This document shows, piece by piece, positions 7,426 to 17,518 of a stretch of DNA of 64,000 bases. Origin of the DNA: Candidatus Omnitrophota bacterium (GTDB taxonomy: Bacteria > Omnitrophota > Gorgyraeia > Zapsychrales > JAKLDJ01). Positions within the stretch are counted from its first letter, which is position 1. Each line of letters begins with the position of its first letter. The stretch spans positions 14,250-78,249 of the forward strand of contig JAKLDJ010000003.1 of assembly GCA_022703585.1 (NCBI GenBank). Direction: 5' to 3'. The notes beneath the pieces are model-generated. The model saw only the letters and a list, made by a program, of their open reading frames with translations, was not told the DNA's origin and made no database searches. The position numbers and the translations under genes were made by a program.

Positions 7426-9375
7426 ATGGCTAGAGTTATCGGAATCGACTTAGGAACATCCAATTCAGCGGCAGCGGTTATGGAGGGTGGACGCCCGGCG
7501 ATTATCCCGTCGGCAGAAGGCGCCGGGGTAGCGTCGGGTAAGGCGTTTCCGTCATTTGTTGCCTTTACCAAAGACGGGCAGCGTTTAGTCGGCGAGCCGG
7601 CGCGGCGTCAGGCAGCGATTAATTCCGAAGGGACCATTTACGCGGCCAAACGCAAAATGGGCAGCGATTTTAAATTTAAGGTTTTCGGAAAAGATTATTC
7701 GCCGCAGCAGGTCAGCGCGTTTCTCTTGCAAAAGATCAAAGCTGATGCCGAGAAATATTTAGGCGATAAGGTCGAAGAGGCGGTCATTACTGTTCCCGCG
7801 TATTTTAACGACAATCAGCGTCAGGCGACCAAGGACGCGGCGGAGATTGCCGGGTTAAAGGCCCTGCGTATTATTAATGAACCGACAGCCGCTTGTTTGG
7901 CATACGGTTTGGATAAAGCCGGCAAAGAGCAAAAGATTTTGGTCTTTGACTTGGGCGGCGGGACGCTGGATGTTACCATCCTGGAAATGGGTTGGGATGA
8001 CAGCCACAAGGCGGCGACCTTTGAGGTTCTCTCGACCAGCGGCGACACCCAGCTGGGCGGTACCGACATGGACAATGTTTTGATTGATCACATCATCAAT
8101 CAATTCAAAAAAGAATCGGGAATTGATTTAAAGAATGACAAAATGGCTTTTCAAAGATTGCGCGAAGCGGCGGAAAAAGCCAAGGTCGAGCTTTCCAGTA
8201 CGGTTTCAACCGATATCAACCTGCCGTTTATTACCGCGGATTCGAGCGGGCCAAAACATTTAACCATGACCATTGACCGGGCAAAACTCGATGACCTTGT
8301 TTCTTCGATCGTTGACCGTTGCCGCGGCCCGGTGGCACAGGCCATTAAGGACGCATCAAATAAGGCCGGCAAGGATGTCAAAATTGACAAGGTTATCTTA
8401 GTCGGCGGCCCCACCCGTATGCCCATTGTTCAGAAATTTGTTGAGCAGGCGATCGGGCAAAAAATCGAGCGCGGCATCGATCCCATGGAATGCGTGGCTT
8501 TAGGCGCGGCGGTCCAGGCGGCGATCATTAAAGGCGACGCCAAAGAGGTTTTGCTATTGGACGTGACCCCGTTATCGCTGGGTATTGAAACGCTGGGCGG
8601 GATTGCGACAAAGTTAATTGAGCGCAATACGACCATTCCCACAAAAAAGAGCCAGATCTTTTCGACCGCCGAAGATAATCAGCCGGCGGTGACCATTCGG
8701 GTTTTGCAAGGCGAGCGGCAAATGGCCAATGACAATACCGAATTAGGCCGGTTTGATTTAGTCGGCTTGCCTCCGGCGCCGCGCGGCGTTCCTCAAATTG
8801 AGGTTGCCTTTGATATTGATGCCGACGGCATCGTGCATGTTTCCGCGAAAGATAAGGGAACCGGTAAAGAGCAATCGATTAAAATCACCGCTCCCAAGAA
8901 ACTCTCCGAGGAAGAAATCCAGAAAATGGTCAAAGAGGCGGAAAAATTTGCCGAGGATGACAAAAAGAAAAAAGAAGAAGTGGAGATCCTTAATCAGGCG
9001 AATACCTTTGTCTACGCGACCGAGAAGTCTTTAAAAGAATACGGCGATAAGGTTTCGCAGGCTGACCGGGCGAATATTGAGCAAGAGCTTAATTCGCTTA
9101 AAGAGGCGATTAAAAATAAGGACCAGGGTAAAATCAAATCCGGCATGGAATCGCTTCAAAAAGCGGCACATAAATTGGCCGAAGAGATTTACAAGGCCAC
9201 GGCCGCGCAACAGGCCCAGGGCGGTCAAACTGGGACCGGTGGCGCAAGTGGTGCCGGGCCGCAGGCCGATATGAATGCCGGCGGCAGCAGTTCCGGTGCG
9301 GATGAAGGTCCCAAAAAAGGCAAGAAAGACGATATCATCGACGCCGATTTTAAGGCGGAGGATGATAAGAAATAA
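7426..9375 (+). CDS. dnaK: Chaperone DnaK (Hsp70)
   Basis: [30 protein letters not shown] and other Hsp70 signatures. Confidence 0.97.
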   Translation: MARVIGIDLGTSNSAAAVMEGGRPAIIPSAEGAGVASGKAFPSFVAFTKDGQRLVGEPARRQAAINSEGTIYAAKRKMGSDFKFKVFGKDYSPQQVSAFLLQKIKADAEKYLGDKVEEAVITVPAYFNDNQRQATKDAAEIAGLKALRIINEPTAACLAYGLDKAGKEQKILVFDLGGGTLDVTILEMGWDDSHKAATFEVLSTSGDTQLGGTDMDNVLIDHIINQFKKESGIDLKNDKMAFQRLREAAEKAKVELSSTVSTDINLPFITADSSGPKHLTMTIDRAKLDDLVSSIVDRCRGPVAQAIKDASNKAGKDVKIDKVILVGGPTRMPIVQKFVEQAIGQKIERGIDPMECVALGAAVQAAIIKGDAKEVLLLDVTPLSLGIETLGGIATKLIERNTTIPTKKSQIFSTAEDNQPAVTIRVLQGERQMANDNTELGRFDLVGLPPAPRGVPQIEVAFDIDADGIVHVSAKDKGTGKEQSIKITAPKKLSEEEIQKMVKEAEKFAEDDKKKKEEVEILNQANTFVYATEKSLKEYGDKVSQADRANIEQELNSLKEAIKNKDQGKIKSGMESLQKAAHKLAEEIYKATAAQQAQGGQTGTGGASGAGPQADMNAGGSSSGADEGPKKGKKDDIIDADFKAEDDKK

Positions 9376-9456
9376 ACAAAGCTATCGGCTATCAGCTTTC
9401 AGCTATCAGCAAAAGCTTTTAGCTGTAAGCTGACCGCTGTAAGCTGAAAGCCGGAA

Positions 9457-10608
9457 ATGAAAAAAGACTACTACCAAATCTTAGGCGTACAAAAAAGCGC
9501 AAGCTTAGAAGAAATTAAAAAAGCATATCGAAGTCTCGCCCTGTCCCATCACCCTGACCGGGTTCCAACGGAAATGAAAAAAGAGGCCGAGGAGAAATTT
9601 AAAGAAATCTCCGAGGCCTATGCTGTTTTATCCGATCCGCAAAAGCGCGCCATGTACGACCAGTACGGCCATTCCGGAATCGACCAGCGCTATACATCCG
9701 AGGACATTTTTAAAGGAGCGGATTTTAGCAGTATTTTTGAAGGGTTATCGGATTTTGGCTTGGGCGGCGGTTTATTTGACCAAATCTTTGGGGATGTTTT
9801 TGGGTCGGGTTCTTCTTCGGGGCGCGGGCGCCGTGTCCGCCGGGGCAGGGATATTCACTATGAAACGGAATTAACTTTAGAAGAGGCTTTTAGCGGTATA
9901 AAGAAAAATGTTAAAGTTCCGCGTCACGAAACCTGCACCGATTGTAACGGAACAGGTGCCAAGCCCGGAAGTAAGTCTAAAACCTGTCCTGCCTGTCGCG
10001 GCCAAGGGGCCGTGATTACAAATTTGGGCGGTTTTGGCCGCATCCAGCAGACCTGTCCTCAATGCCGGGGTGAAGGAAAAATTATTTCCGAATACTGTCC
10101 TAAATGCCAGGGGCAGGGAGCGGTGCGTGTTACCAGAAATATTGAAGTCCAGTTTCCTGCGGGCGTTGACAGCAATTCTCAGCTGAGGGTGAGAGGCGAA
10201 GGCGAGGGTAGTGCCGGCGGCAAAGGGGATTTGTATATCTCCATTGCGGTTAAGCAGCATCCGACTTTTCAAAGAGAAGGAAGCGATCTTTATATGCAGC
10301 TGCCGGTTAGTTTTATCAAGGCGGCCTTAGGCGGTGAAGTATCTGTTCCTACTTTAAACGGCAAGGTAAGCATGTCCATACCGGCCGGTACGCAGAGCGG
10401 AAAGACTTTTCGTCTTAAGGGAAAGGGCATGCCAGATCTTCATCTTCATACCCCGGGCGACCAATACGTGCAGGTGATGTTGCAGGTGCCGGTGCGGTTA
10501 TCGAGTGAGCAGAGAAGGATTTTGGAAGAATATGCAAAAGTTAGCGGTGGGGATGATGTCTCGGGCAGTGATTCTTTGGCGGAAAAGATAAAGAAAGCGT
10601 TTAAATAA
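9457..10608 (+). CDS. dnaJ: Chaperone DnaJ
   Basis: J-domain (DYYQILGV...HPD), G/F region, four CxxCxGxG zinc-finger repeats. Confidence 0.95.
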   Translation: MKKDYYQILGVQKSASLEEIKKAYRSLALSHHPDRVPTEMKKEAEEKFKEISEAYAVLSDPQKRAMYDQYGHSGIDQRYTSEDIFKGADFSSIFEGLSDFGLGGGLFDQIFGDVFGSGSSSGRGRRVRRGRDIHYETELTLEEAFSGIKKNVKVPRHETCTDCNGTGAKPGSKSKTCPACRGQGAVITNLGGFGRIQQTCPQCRGEGKIISEYCPKCQGQGAVRVTRNIEVQFPAGVDSNSQLRVRGEGEGSAGGKGDLYISIAVKQHPTFQREGSDLYMQLPVSFIKAALGGEVSVPTLNGKVSMSIPAGTQSGKTFRLKGKGMPDLHLHTPGDQYVQVMLQVPVRLSSEQRRILEEYAKVSGGDDVSGSDSLAEKIKKAFK

Positions 10609-10659
10609 GTTTTGCATGTGATTTTGAACGCAGTGGCAACATATGAACAGGTCATTATG

Positions 10660-12486
10660 GATATTCTTTTCCTCGTCTTTAACGCACTTATTTTCATCCG
10701 GTACTTCTACATCCTTCCTGGCTGGGGAATAGGGCGCGTCTCCGAGAAATTATTTTTGGCATATTTATTAACAACGATCCAAATCATAGGAACATTACTT
10801 CTTTTGGGGGCGATCGGATGGCTGCGTCCCTTCGAGGCTGTGGCCTTAAATGCGATAATTATTCTGTTTCTCCATTATTTTTCTTATCCTGTCCAGGCTG
10901 TTAGATGCAAGGGGAGGGCATGGAGGGAAATTGTAGCGCCGCTTTCAAGCAAGATTATCATTATCGCGGTTACGGCGGTCTTAGGATGGCTGTTGGCTTG
11001 CGCCTATTTTCTCCCTCCCCGAGACATTGACGATCTTACCTACCATCTTCCGTTTATTTATGAATCAATCCAACGCGGAATATGGGTTCTTCTTCCGACC
11101 GACTTGCGGATTCATTTTGCGTATCCGATGAATGCAGAAGTTTTCTTTTCCTGGCCGGTTCTTTTCTTAGGGGACACGCGATGGGTGGATGCGGCGCAGA
11201 TTCCCGTCGGGGCATGGACAGCCGGTATCATTTATTTGTTTGCACGGCACTTTGGGCTTCGCCGCGCAAGAGCTTTTTTCTTATCCGGAATTTTCTTTTT
11301 AACCCCTCTCGTGATTGCGCATATGAGGACTAATTATGTTGATCTTCTGTCGGCAGGATTTCTTTTAAGCAGCCTCTATCTAATGACTCGTTTTTTTGTA
11401 ACGACAAGAAAAATTTATGCCAGGCTTGCATTTCTTTCGATCGGCGCAATGATGGGGATAAAATACCATTTGTTATTTTGGGGATTAATTCTGGGGCTTG
11501 GTCTTCTTTTCGTATTGGCACGCAAAAACTGGAAGAGTGATTTTTTGTGGGGACTCTTCGCGATGGCAGGATTGGGGCTGGGATGGCATTTAAGAAATTA
11601 CTGGCTTTTTTCGGATTGGATTTATCCGGCTCGAGTAACAGCATCGGCCTGGGGACTGGGACAGCAATCCCTGCCGGAAATGCTTATCTCGATCCCTGAT
11701 AAGCTTGTTGAGGGCGGCTGGTTCGGGCTGTTTTGCGGCCCCGCTGCTTTTCTTTCATGGATTTTTCTGGGATGGCGTTTTCTCTATAGAAAACACAGGA
11801 TGAAAAAAGGAGAGGTGCTGCTTTTTGGAGTCGCGCTGTCGTTTTTCTTAATCGTTATCCCCATCGGGAAAGACGAGTACCAATGGATCGGGCCGAGGAT
11901 TCTCCTGGTAGCCTGGCCGATTATTTTATTATTCTTTGGAAGGGTTATTTTTCTTCTTAACCGGAAGCCTTGGATTCGTAAATTGATAATTGCCTTCTGT
12001 TTTCTGGGAATTGCGTGGGACGCGATGTCTAGCCCTCTTATGCCGCAACCTTTTAAACCGATGAAGTCAGGGCAGTCAGAATTCGAATATTATCACTATG
12101 CATCGGGGTATGTGGGATTCGTAGGCTCCTACCCGGGCATTTTAGATATCATGACCCAGTCTCTCCCCAGGGGGTCGACAATCTTTTTAGCGGTATCCGG
12201 GGGGCATTCTTTTAGCGCGCCATTTTACGGACGTTTTTTACAGGCTAGAATCGTGAATTTTGATCCCCGATTCGAAGGGGATCCTGACTTTCTTGTTTAC
12301 TATACTATTTCTCCCGAACCGTTGACGTATATCGGAAAATATCGAAAAACATTAACTGAAGCCGTGTCCTCAGAGTATAGGGAAGTTTTTTCCGGCCCAG
12401 GCGGCAGAATTTTTGCTCATCCCAGGGTCCTAGGGGCTTGGCGCCGATTTATTCTGGGCGATAGGCAGATCCTAAAACACGAGTAG
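10660..12486 (+). CDS. Polytopic membrane protein, GT-C fold glycosyltransferase candidate (ArnT/PMT-like). Alternative TTG start at 10612.
   Basis: More than 10 hydrophobic helices followed by a soluble C-terminal region. Directly followed by a Dpm1-like polyprenyl-phosphate sugar synthase. Confidence 0.5.
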   Translation, partial: DILFLVFNALIFIRYFYILPGWGIGRVSEKLFLAYLLTTIQIIGTLLLLGAIGWLRPFEAVALNAIIILFLHYFSYPVQAVRCKGRAWREIVAPLSSKIIIIAVTAVLGWLLACAYFLPPRDIDDLTYHLPFIYESIQRGIWVLLPTDLRIHFAYPMNAEVFFSWPVLFLGDTRWVDAAQIPVGAWTAGIIYLFARHFGLRRARAFFLSGIFFLTPLVIAHMRTNYVDLLSAGFLLSSLYLMTRFFVTTRKIYARLAFLSIGAMMGIKYHLLFWGLILGLGLLFVLARKNWKSDFLWGLFAMAGLGLGWHLRNYWLFSDWIYPARVTASAWGLGQQSLPEMLISIPDKLVEGGWFGLFCGPAAFLSWIFLGWRFLYRKHRMKKGEVLLFGVALSFFLIVIPIGKDEYQWIGPRILLVAWPIILLFFGRVIFLLNRKPWIRKLIIAFCFLGIAWDAMSSPLMPQPFKPMKSGQSEFEYYHYASGYVGFVGSYPGILDIMTQSLPRGSTIFLAVSGGHSFSAPFYGRFLQARIVNFDPRFEGDPDFLVYYTISPEPLTYIGKYRKTLTEAVSSEYREVFSGPGGRIFAHPRVLGAWRRFILGDRQILKHE

Positions 12487-12492
12487 AAAACT

Positions 12493-13185
12493 ATGACGAA
12501 GGTGTCCGTAATCATTCCTGTTTATAACGAAGAAAAAACGATTGCGCGCGTTATGGACCGTGTTGTTTCGGCGGCGCTCCCTTCGGGCGTGGAGCGAGAA
12601 GTAATCGTTGTCTCCGACGGGTCAAAGGACCAGACCAATGAGATCTTAGCGTTTTATCAAAATCATCCGTTAGTTAAGGTTTTCTTTCAGGAGAACCAAG
12701 GAAAGACGGCCGCGCTGCGCAGCGGTGTTGCCAGGGCGACAGGGGATATTATCCTTATCCAGGACGCCGATTTGGAATATGACCCGGCGCAGTATCCCGT
12801 TCTTTTGCTCCCGATTTTGGAGAAAAAAGCAGATGTTGTTTACGGCTCCCGTTTCTTGGGATCGATTAGGAAAATGATGCTTATTAATCGGTTGGCCAAT
12901 ATTGTTTCTAATATTACCCTGCGGTTGCTTTACGGGGTTAATCTTACCGATGTTAATACCGGTTTTAAGGTTTTTAGAAGAGATATTCTTCAAGCGGTAA
13001 ATATTTGTTCAAGAAATTTTGCGTTTGAGACCGAAGTAACGGTTAAGCTGATTAAGCAGGGAATAAAGATTATCGAAGTCCCTATCGAGTATACGGCACG
13101 CTCCACGCAAGAAGGCAAGAAAATTAATTGGCTTCGGGCGCTGGAGATGTTTTGGCCGATTATCCGGTATCGTTTTAAGGATTAA
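12493..13185 (+). CDS. GT2 family polyprenyl-phosphate glycosyltransferase (Dpm1/GtrB-like, soluble form)
   Basis: [14 protein letters not shown]...[12 protein letters not shown]...QDADLEYDP motifs of GT-A fold GT2. Confidence 0.8.
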   Translation: MTKVSVIIPVYNEEKTIARVMDRVVSAALPSGVEREVIVVSDGSKDQTNEILAFYQNHPLVKVFFQENQGKTAALRSGVARATGDIILIQDADLEYDPAQYPVLLLPILEKKADVVYGSRFLGSIRKMMLINRLANIVSNITLRLLYGVNLTDVNTGFKVFRRDILQAVNICSRNFAFETEVTVKLIKQGIKIIEVPIEYTARSTQEGKKINWLRALEMFWPIIRYRFKD

Positions 13186-13322
13186 TATGGCCGGGGATAT
13201 GTATTTTGTCCTCTGGCATTGCCTGGAGTGGAGGCATGCCGTGTTACGCAGATTCTATCTGCATGCGATCATCCGGGCTATCGGCGTTTAATGAAAAATA
13301 AATAGAAAGGATGCTAAGAACA

Positions 13323-13607
13323 ATGCCAACATATCAATATGAATGTTCTGCCTGCGGCCATCAATTAGAGGCCTTTCAGTCGATGACCGAAAAGAAGCTC
13401 AAAAAGTGCCCCAAGTGCGGCAAAAACAGCCTGGACCGCTTGATCGGCTCGGGTACCGGGATTATTTTCAAAGGCAGCGGCTTTTATGAAACCGATTATA
13501 AGAGAAAAGAGCAAGCCCAAACTGATTCCTCAAAGGCTTCTTCCCACTCGGGTTCATGCTGTAGTTCGTGTCCCCATAACCCCAAGGCATCCGCCGGTAA
13601 GAAATAA
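13323..13607 (+). CDS. FmdB-family zinc-ribbon regulatory protein
   Basis: MPTYQYECSACGH...KCPKCG, a CxxC-N-CxxC zinc ribbon typical of FmdB. Confidence 0.7.
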   Translation: MPTYQYECSACGHQLEAFQSMTEKKLKKCPKCGKNSLDRLIGSGTGIIFKGSGFYETDYKRKEQAQTDSSKASSHSGSCCSSCPHNPKASAGKK

Positions 13608-13613
13608 CCCAAA

Positions 13614-14015
13614 ATGCCCTCTTTTGACCGAATGAAGTTTCTCAGATTTTGGTTTCCTGTTCTTTCGTATTCTGCTATTATTTTCTATGTATCTTCCCAG
13701 CCGTATTTGAATTTGCCTCTTGGGAATCTGATTTCGGACAAAATATATCATTCAGGCGAGTACGCTGTTTTAGGATTTCTATTTTGCCGGGCCCTATACG
13801 GGACACACGGTTTTCTACCAAAAGGTAAAATTCTTCTTTTTGTTATTTTGTTTTGTTTCTTTTACGGGGCAAGCGATGAACTTCACCAAATGTTTGTCCC
13901 TGGCCGGCAGATGGACGCTGGTGATTTGCTGTCCGATGCCATCGGTGGCTTTTTGGGAGGGTGGTTGTATCCCCTTAGGAAATTCTGGTCTTATTCTACT
14001 TCGCATAGGCAATAA
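13614..14015 (+). CDS. VanZ-like family membrane protein
   Basis: Motif ASDELHQMFVPGRQMDAGDLLSDAIGGFLGG and four TM segments. Confidence 0.7.
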   Translation: MPSFDRMKFLRFWFPVLSYSAIIFYVSSQPYLNLPLGNLISDKIYHSGEYAVLGFLFCRALYGTHGFLPKGKILLFVILFCFFYGASDELHQMFVPGRQMDAGDLLSDAIGGFLGGWLYPLRKFWSYSTSHRQ

Positions 14016-14020
14016 GAATG

Positions 14021-14075
14021 ATAGTATATGCTTCGTAGAATATCTCTTGGAATAATTCTCCGAAGCATATACTAT
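14021..14075. other. Long inverted repeat/hairpin (ATAGTATATGCTTCG...CGAAGCATATACTAT, 15-bp perfect arms, about 25-nt loop)
   Basis: Read directly. Between vanZ-like stop and the DUF1015 gene. Terminator- or operator-like. Confidence 0.6.
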
Positions 14076-14139
14076 TGGCTCCCGTTAGTAATGCGAAGGA
14101 GAATAAAACACATCTAACGCACGCGAGGTTCTCCATATC

Positions 14140-15408
14140 ATGTCTCAAATAAAACCGTTTAAAGCTATCCATTACAATCAGGAAAAAGTAGGGGACCTTT
14201 CAAAAGTCACCTGCCCGCCGTACGACGTGATTTCCTCCGAGGAGAAAATCCGTTATCACAATCTGCACCCCAATAACTATATTCATGTCCTTCTGGGTTT
14301 GGAGAAAGAAAACGACAACGCCGAAGAAAATAAATATACCCGGGCTAAAAAAATATTCAAAGAATGGTTAAAGCAAGGCATTCTTCAAGAAGACGCCAAG
14401 CCGGCGATGTATTATTACAAACAGGAATATACTGTTCGCGGAGAAAAACACAGCCGCTTGGGGTTTATTTCTCTCATGCGTATTCAGGATGAAAAAGGCG
14501 AGGCGAAAATCTTTCCCCATGAAAATGTCCAATCCAAAGCTAAAGAAGACAGGCTCAAGCTTTGGCGGGCTTTGAAGATCAATTGCAGCCCTATCTTTGT
14601 GTGCTTTTCCGATAAGGATAAAAAGGTTGAGAAGATTTTTAGCCAGAAAGTTTGCCTGACCGCTCCTTGTGCTGACATCATCGACAGTGACCGGGTCAGC
14701 CATCGATTATGGCGGCTGGACGATGAGGCCTTGATTAGCGAGATCCAGAATTCCCTGGAAGGGCAAAATCTTTTTATTGCCGACGGCCATCACCGCTATG
14801 AAGTCGGCCGGGAGTACCGCCGGCTTGAATTGGCTCGGGGAGATGAACACACCGGAGAAGAGCCGTACAACTTTATTATGACCTATTTTACCAGCATTGA
14901 TTCCCGCGATCTTTTGATTCTGCCGATTCACCGGGTGATCAAATCTCTTAAAGCCCCGCTCGATTTCCTGGAAGAATTTTTTAAGATCGATAAGATTAAG
15001 ACCAAAGAGGATTTTCAGATCCTCTTAGCCAAGGCAGGGCAGAACGAGCATGCCTTCGGGCTTTATACCCGGGAAGGGATGAAGTTATTGCGGCTAAAAA
15101 ACAGGCTTTTAATCGACCGTTATATTAAAGAAGGCTCAAAGGAATTCCGCAGCCTTGATGCGACGATCCTAAAGAATTTTGTTTTAGACCGCGTGGGGAT
15201 CCATCACGAAGATATCACTTACGTTAAGGATTTTGATCTGGCGCTGGATATGGTCAATAATCATCAGGCGGATGTAAGTTTTATTATGAACTCGGTTAAG
15301 GTTTCGCAGCTTAAAACGATTGCCTTAAGCGGTGAGCGCATGCCGCCCAAAACGACGTATTTTTATCCCAAGGTCCTGTCGGGGCTAACCATCCATAACT
15401 TGGAATAG
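14140..15408 (+). CDS. DUF1015 family protein
   Basis: N-terminus MSQIKPFKAIHYN and length about 420 aa are typical of DUF1015. Confidence 0.6.
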   Translation: MSQIKPFKAIHYNQEKVGDLSKVTCPPYDVISSEEKIRYHNLHPNNYIHVLLGLEKENDNAEENKYTRAKKIFKEWLKQGILQEDAKPAMYYYKQEYTVRGEKHSRLGFISLMRIQDEKGEAKIFPHENVQSKAKEDRLKLWRALKINCSPIFVCFSDKDKKVEKIFSQKVCLTAPCADIIDSDRVSHRLWRLDDEALISEIQNSLEGQNLFIADGHHRYEVGREYRRLELARGDEHTGEEPYNFIMTYFTSIDSRDLLILPIHRVIKSLKAPLDFLEEFFKIDKIKTKEDFQILLAKAGQNEHAFGLYTREGMKLLRLKNRLLIDRYIKEGSKEFRSLDATILKNFVLDRVGIHHEDITYVKDFDLALDMVNNHQADVSFIMNSVKVSQLKTIALSGERMPPKTTYFYPKVLSGLTIHNLE

Positions 15409-15429
15409 AAGGGTTTAAAAGGATTTTCT

Positions 15430-16275
15430 ATGCCGCTATTCGGAAAAGACAAGTACACTCTGGTTAAGCTGAGAAAGAAGGAAATTCCCGACGGCCTGTG
15501 GACGAAATGCCCAGACTGCGAAAGCCCCATCTATAACAAGACCCTCAAGGACAATTTTAACGTCTGCGCCAAATGCAATTTTCACATGACCTTAACCTCT
15601 AAAGAGCGCACTGCCCTGCTTATTGATGAAGGCACTTTTGAGGAAAGTGACGCTAATCTTTCCTCGACTGATCCGCTGGATTTTAAAGGCCCCAAGACGT
15701 ATAAAGAAAAAATAAAGAGCGACCAGGACATAACCGGTCTTAGCGATGCCGTTATTACCGGGACCGGGAATCTTAACGGTAAGCGGATCGCTTTTGCGGT
15801 TACCGACTCGCGGTTTATCATGGGTTCCATGGGTTCCGTTGTCGGGGAAAGGATAACGCGTATTACCGAATACGCCACAAAAAATAAGCTGCCGCTGGTC
15901 ATTGTTTCCGGTTCGGGCGGAGGCGCGCGGATGTATGAAGGAGTCTTTTCCTTGATGCAGATGGCCAAAACCTGTGCCGCTCTTTCCCGGCATCACGACG
16001 AAAATTTATTATATATCTCGGTATTAACCAACCCTACGATGGCAGGAATCATGGCTTCCTTTGCCGGGGTAGGGGATGTTATTATCGCCGAGCCCAAAGC
16101 CCTGATTGGTTTTACCGGCCCGCGCGTTATCGAGCAGACCATTCGCCAAAAGTTGCCGGAGGGTTTTCAGAAATCCGAGTTTTTGTTGGCGCACGGGCTT
16201 ATTGATATGATCGTTCCCCGCAAAGAGCTCAAAGGGACCATCGAAAAGATTATTGATTATTTCCAATCTTCTTGA
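15430..16275 (+). CDS. accD: Acetyl-CoA carboxylase carboxyltransferase subunit beta
   Basis: N-terminal Zn ribbon CPDCESPIYNKTLKDNFNVCAKCNFH and carboxyltransferase domain. Confidence 0.9.
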   Translation: MPLFGKDKYTLVKLRKKEIPDGLWTKCPDCESPIYNKTLKDNFNVCAKCNFHMTLTSKERTALLIDEGTFEESDANLSSTDPLDFKGPKTYKEKIKSDQDITGLSDAVITGTGNLNGKRIAFAVTDSRFIMGSMGSVVGERITRITEYATKNKLPLVIVSGSGGGARMYEGVFSLMQMAKTCAALSRHHDENLLYISVLTNPTMAGIMASFAGVGDVIIAEPKALIGFTGPRVIEQTIRQKLPEGFQKSEFLLAHGLIDMIVPRKELKGTIEKIIDYFQSS

Positions 16276-16361
16276 AGCGGCCCGGGCAATTCGTCCGGAA
16301 AAGAGTTTGCTGCTGCGGCTTAAATGAATTTTGTTCCGATAAAGAAACGTGTTTTTGGGAA

Positions 16362-16390
16362 AGGCCGCGGATTCGTTTCCGCTTTTTTAA
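16362..16390 (+). terminator. Rho-independent terminator after accD (GCGGA-ttcgtt-TCCGC + TTTTTT)
   Basis: Hairpin plus T-run read directly. Confidence 0.6.
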
Positions 16391-16414
16391 GAAACTGCAG
16401 AATGACAAAATGCC

Positions 16415-17518
16415 ATGGCACAAGTTAGCTTAAAAGGTGTCAGCAAGATTTACAAAGGCGGCATTAAAGCTGTTGATAACGTCACTTTAGGCGTAGAAAA
16501 CAGAGAATTCCTGGTTCTGGTCGGTCCTTCGGGGTGCGGAAAATCAACGACGTTGCGGATGATTGCCGGCCTGGAGGATGTCAGTGAAGGCAAGATTTGG
16601 ATTGAAGACAGAATTGTCAATGATGTTCCCGCCAAAGACCGCAATATCGCCATGGTCTTTCAAAATTACGCCCTCTATCCGCATATGACTGTCTTTGAAA
16701 ATATGGCCTTTGGTCTAAAGTTAAGGCATTATCCCAAGGAAGAGGTGATCCGTCGCGTGCACGAAGCCGCGGAGGTCCTGGGAATTAAAAAAATGCTGGA
16801 TAGGCGTCCCCGGCAGCTCTCCGGCGGGGAACGTCAAAGGGTCGCGGTTGGCCGCGCGATTGTCCGCAAACCCCTGGTCTTTCTGTTTGATGAGCCCTTA
16901 AGCAACCTCGACGCAAAGATGCGTGTATCCATGCGCGCCGAGATTCATAAATTACGCTTAAGACTTCAAACCACCTTTATCTATGTTACTCACGATCAGA
17001 CCGAGGCCATGACTTTAGGAGATCGCATTGCCGTTATGAAGGATGGTCAAATCCAGCAATGCGCGGATCCGATTGACGTCTATGATAAACCTGCGAATAA
17101 ATTCGTCGCCGGATTTATCGGTTCTCCGCCGATCAACTTTCTAAACGGGCGTATTATCCAGAAAGAACGAAAATATTATTTTGATGAAGGTGGATTTCAA
17201 GTTAAAATAGGTGAAGAAATGCACTCTTCTGTTGCGCCGTATCTCGGGAAAGAAGTAAGCTTTGGTATTCGAGCAGAAGATATTTACGACAAACTGTTTA
17301 CTTCTTTGGCATCCCCAGAGAATACTGTCCGAGCGACTTGCGAAGTAGTCGAGCCGATGGGTTCCGAGGTGTACGTGCATTTGAATACGGGCAAACACAC
17401 TTTTGTGGCACGTGTCGGGGCTCACGACAGGCCGGAAGTCAATCGCGATATGGACTTGGTGTTTGACATGAGCAAGGTGCACTTTTTTGATAAAGATACC
17501 GAAAAAACGATCATCTAA
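16415..17518 (+). CDS. ABC transporter ATP-binding protein, MalK/UgpC/MsmX-like sugar importer ATPase (orphan, no permease nearby)
   Basis: Walker A GPSGCGKST, LSGGERQRVAVGRA, a regulatory C-terminal domain, and the motif FQNYALYPHMTVFENMAFGL. Confidence 0.9.
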   Translation: MAQVSLKGVSKIYKGGIKAVDNVTLGVENREFLVLVGPSGCGKSTTLRMIAGLEDVSEGKIWIEDRIVNDVPAKDRNIAMVFQNYALYPHMTVFENMAFGLKLRHYPKEEVIRRVHEAAEVLGIKKMLDRRPRQLSGGERQRVAVGRAIVRKPLVFLFDEPLSNLDAKMRVSMRAEIHKLRLRLQTTFIYVTHDQTEAMTLGDRIAVMKDGQIQQCADPIDVYDKPANKFVAGFIGSPPINFLNGRIIQKERKYYFDEGGFQVKIGEEMHSSVAPYLGKEVSFGIRAEDIYDKLFTSLASPENTVRATCEVVEPMGSEVYVHLNTGKHTFVARVGAHDRPEVNRDMDLVFDMSKVHFFDKDTEKTII

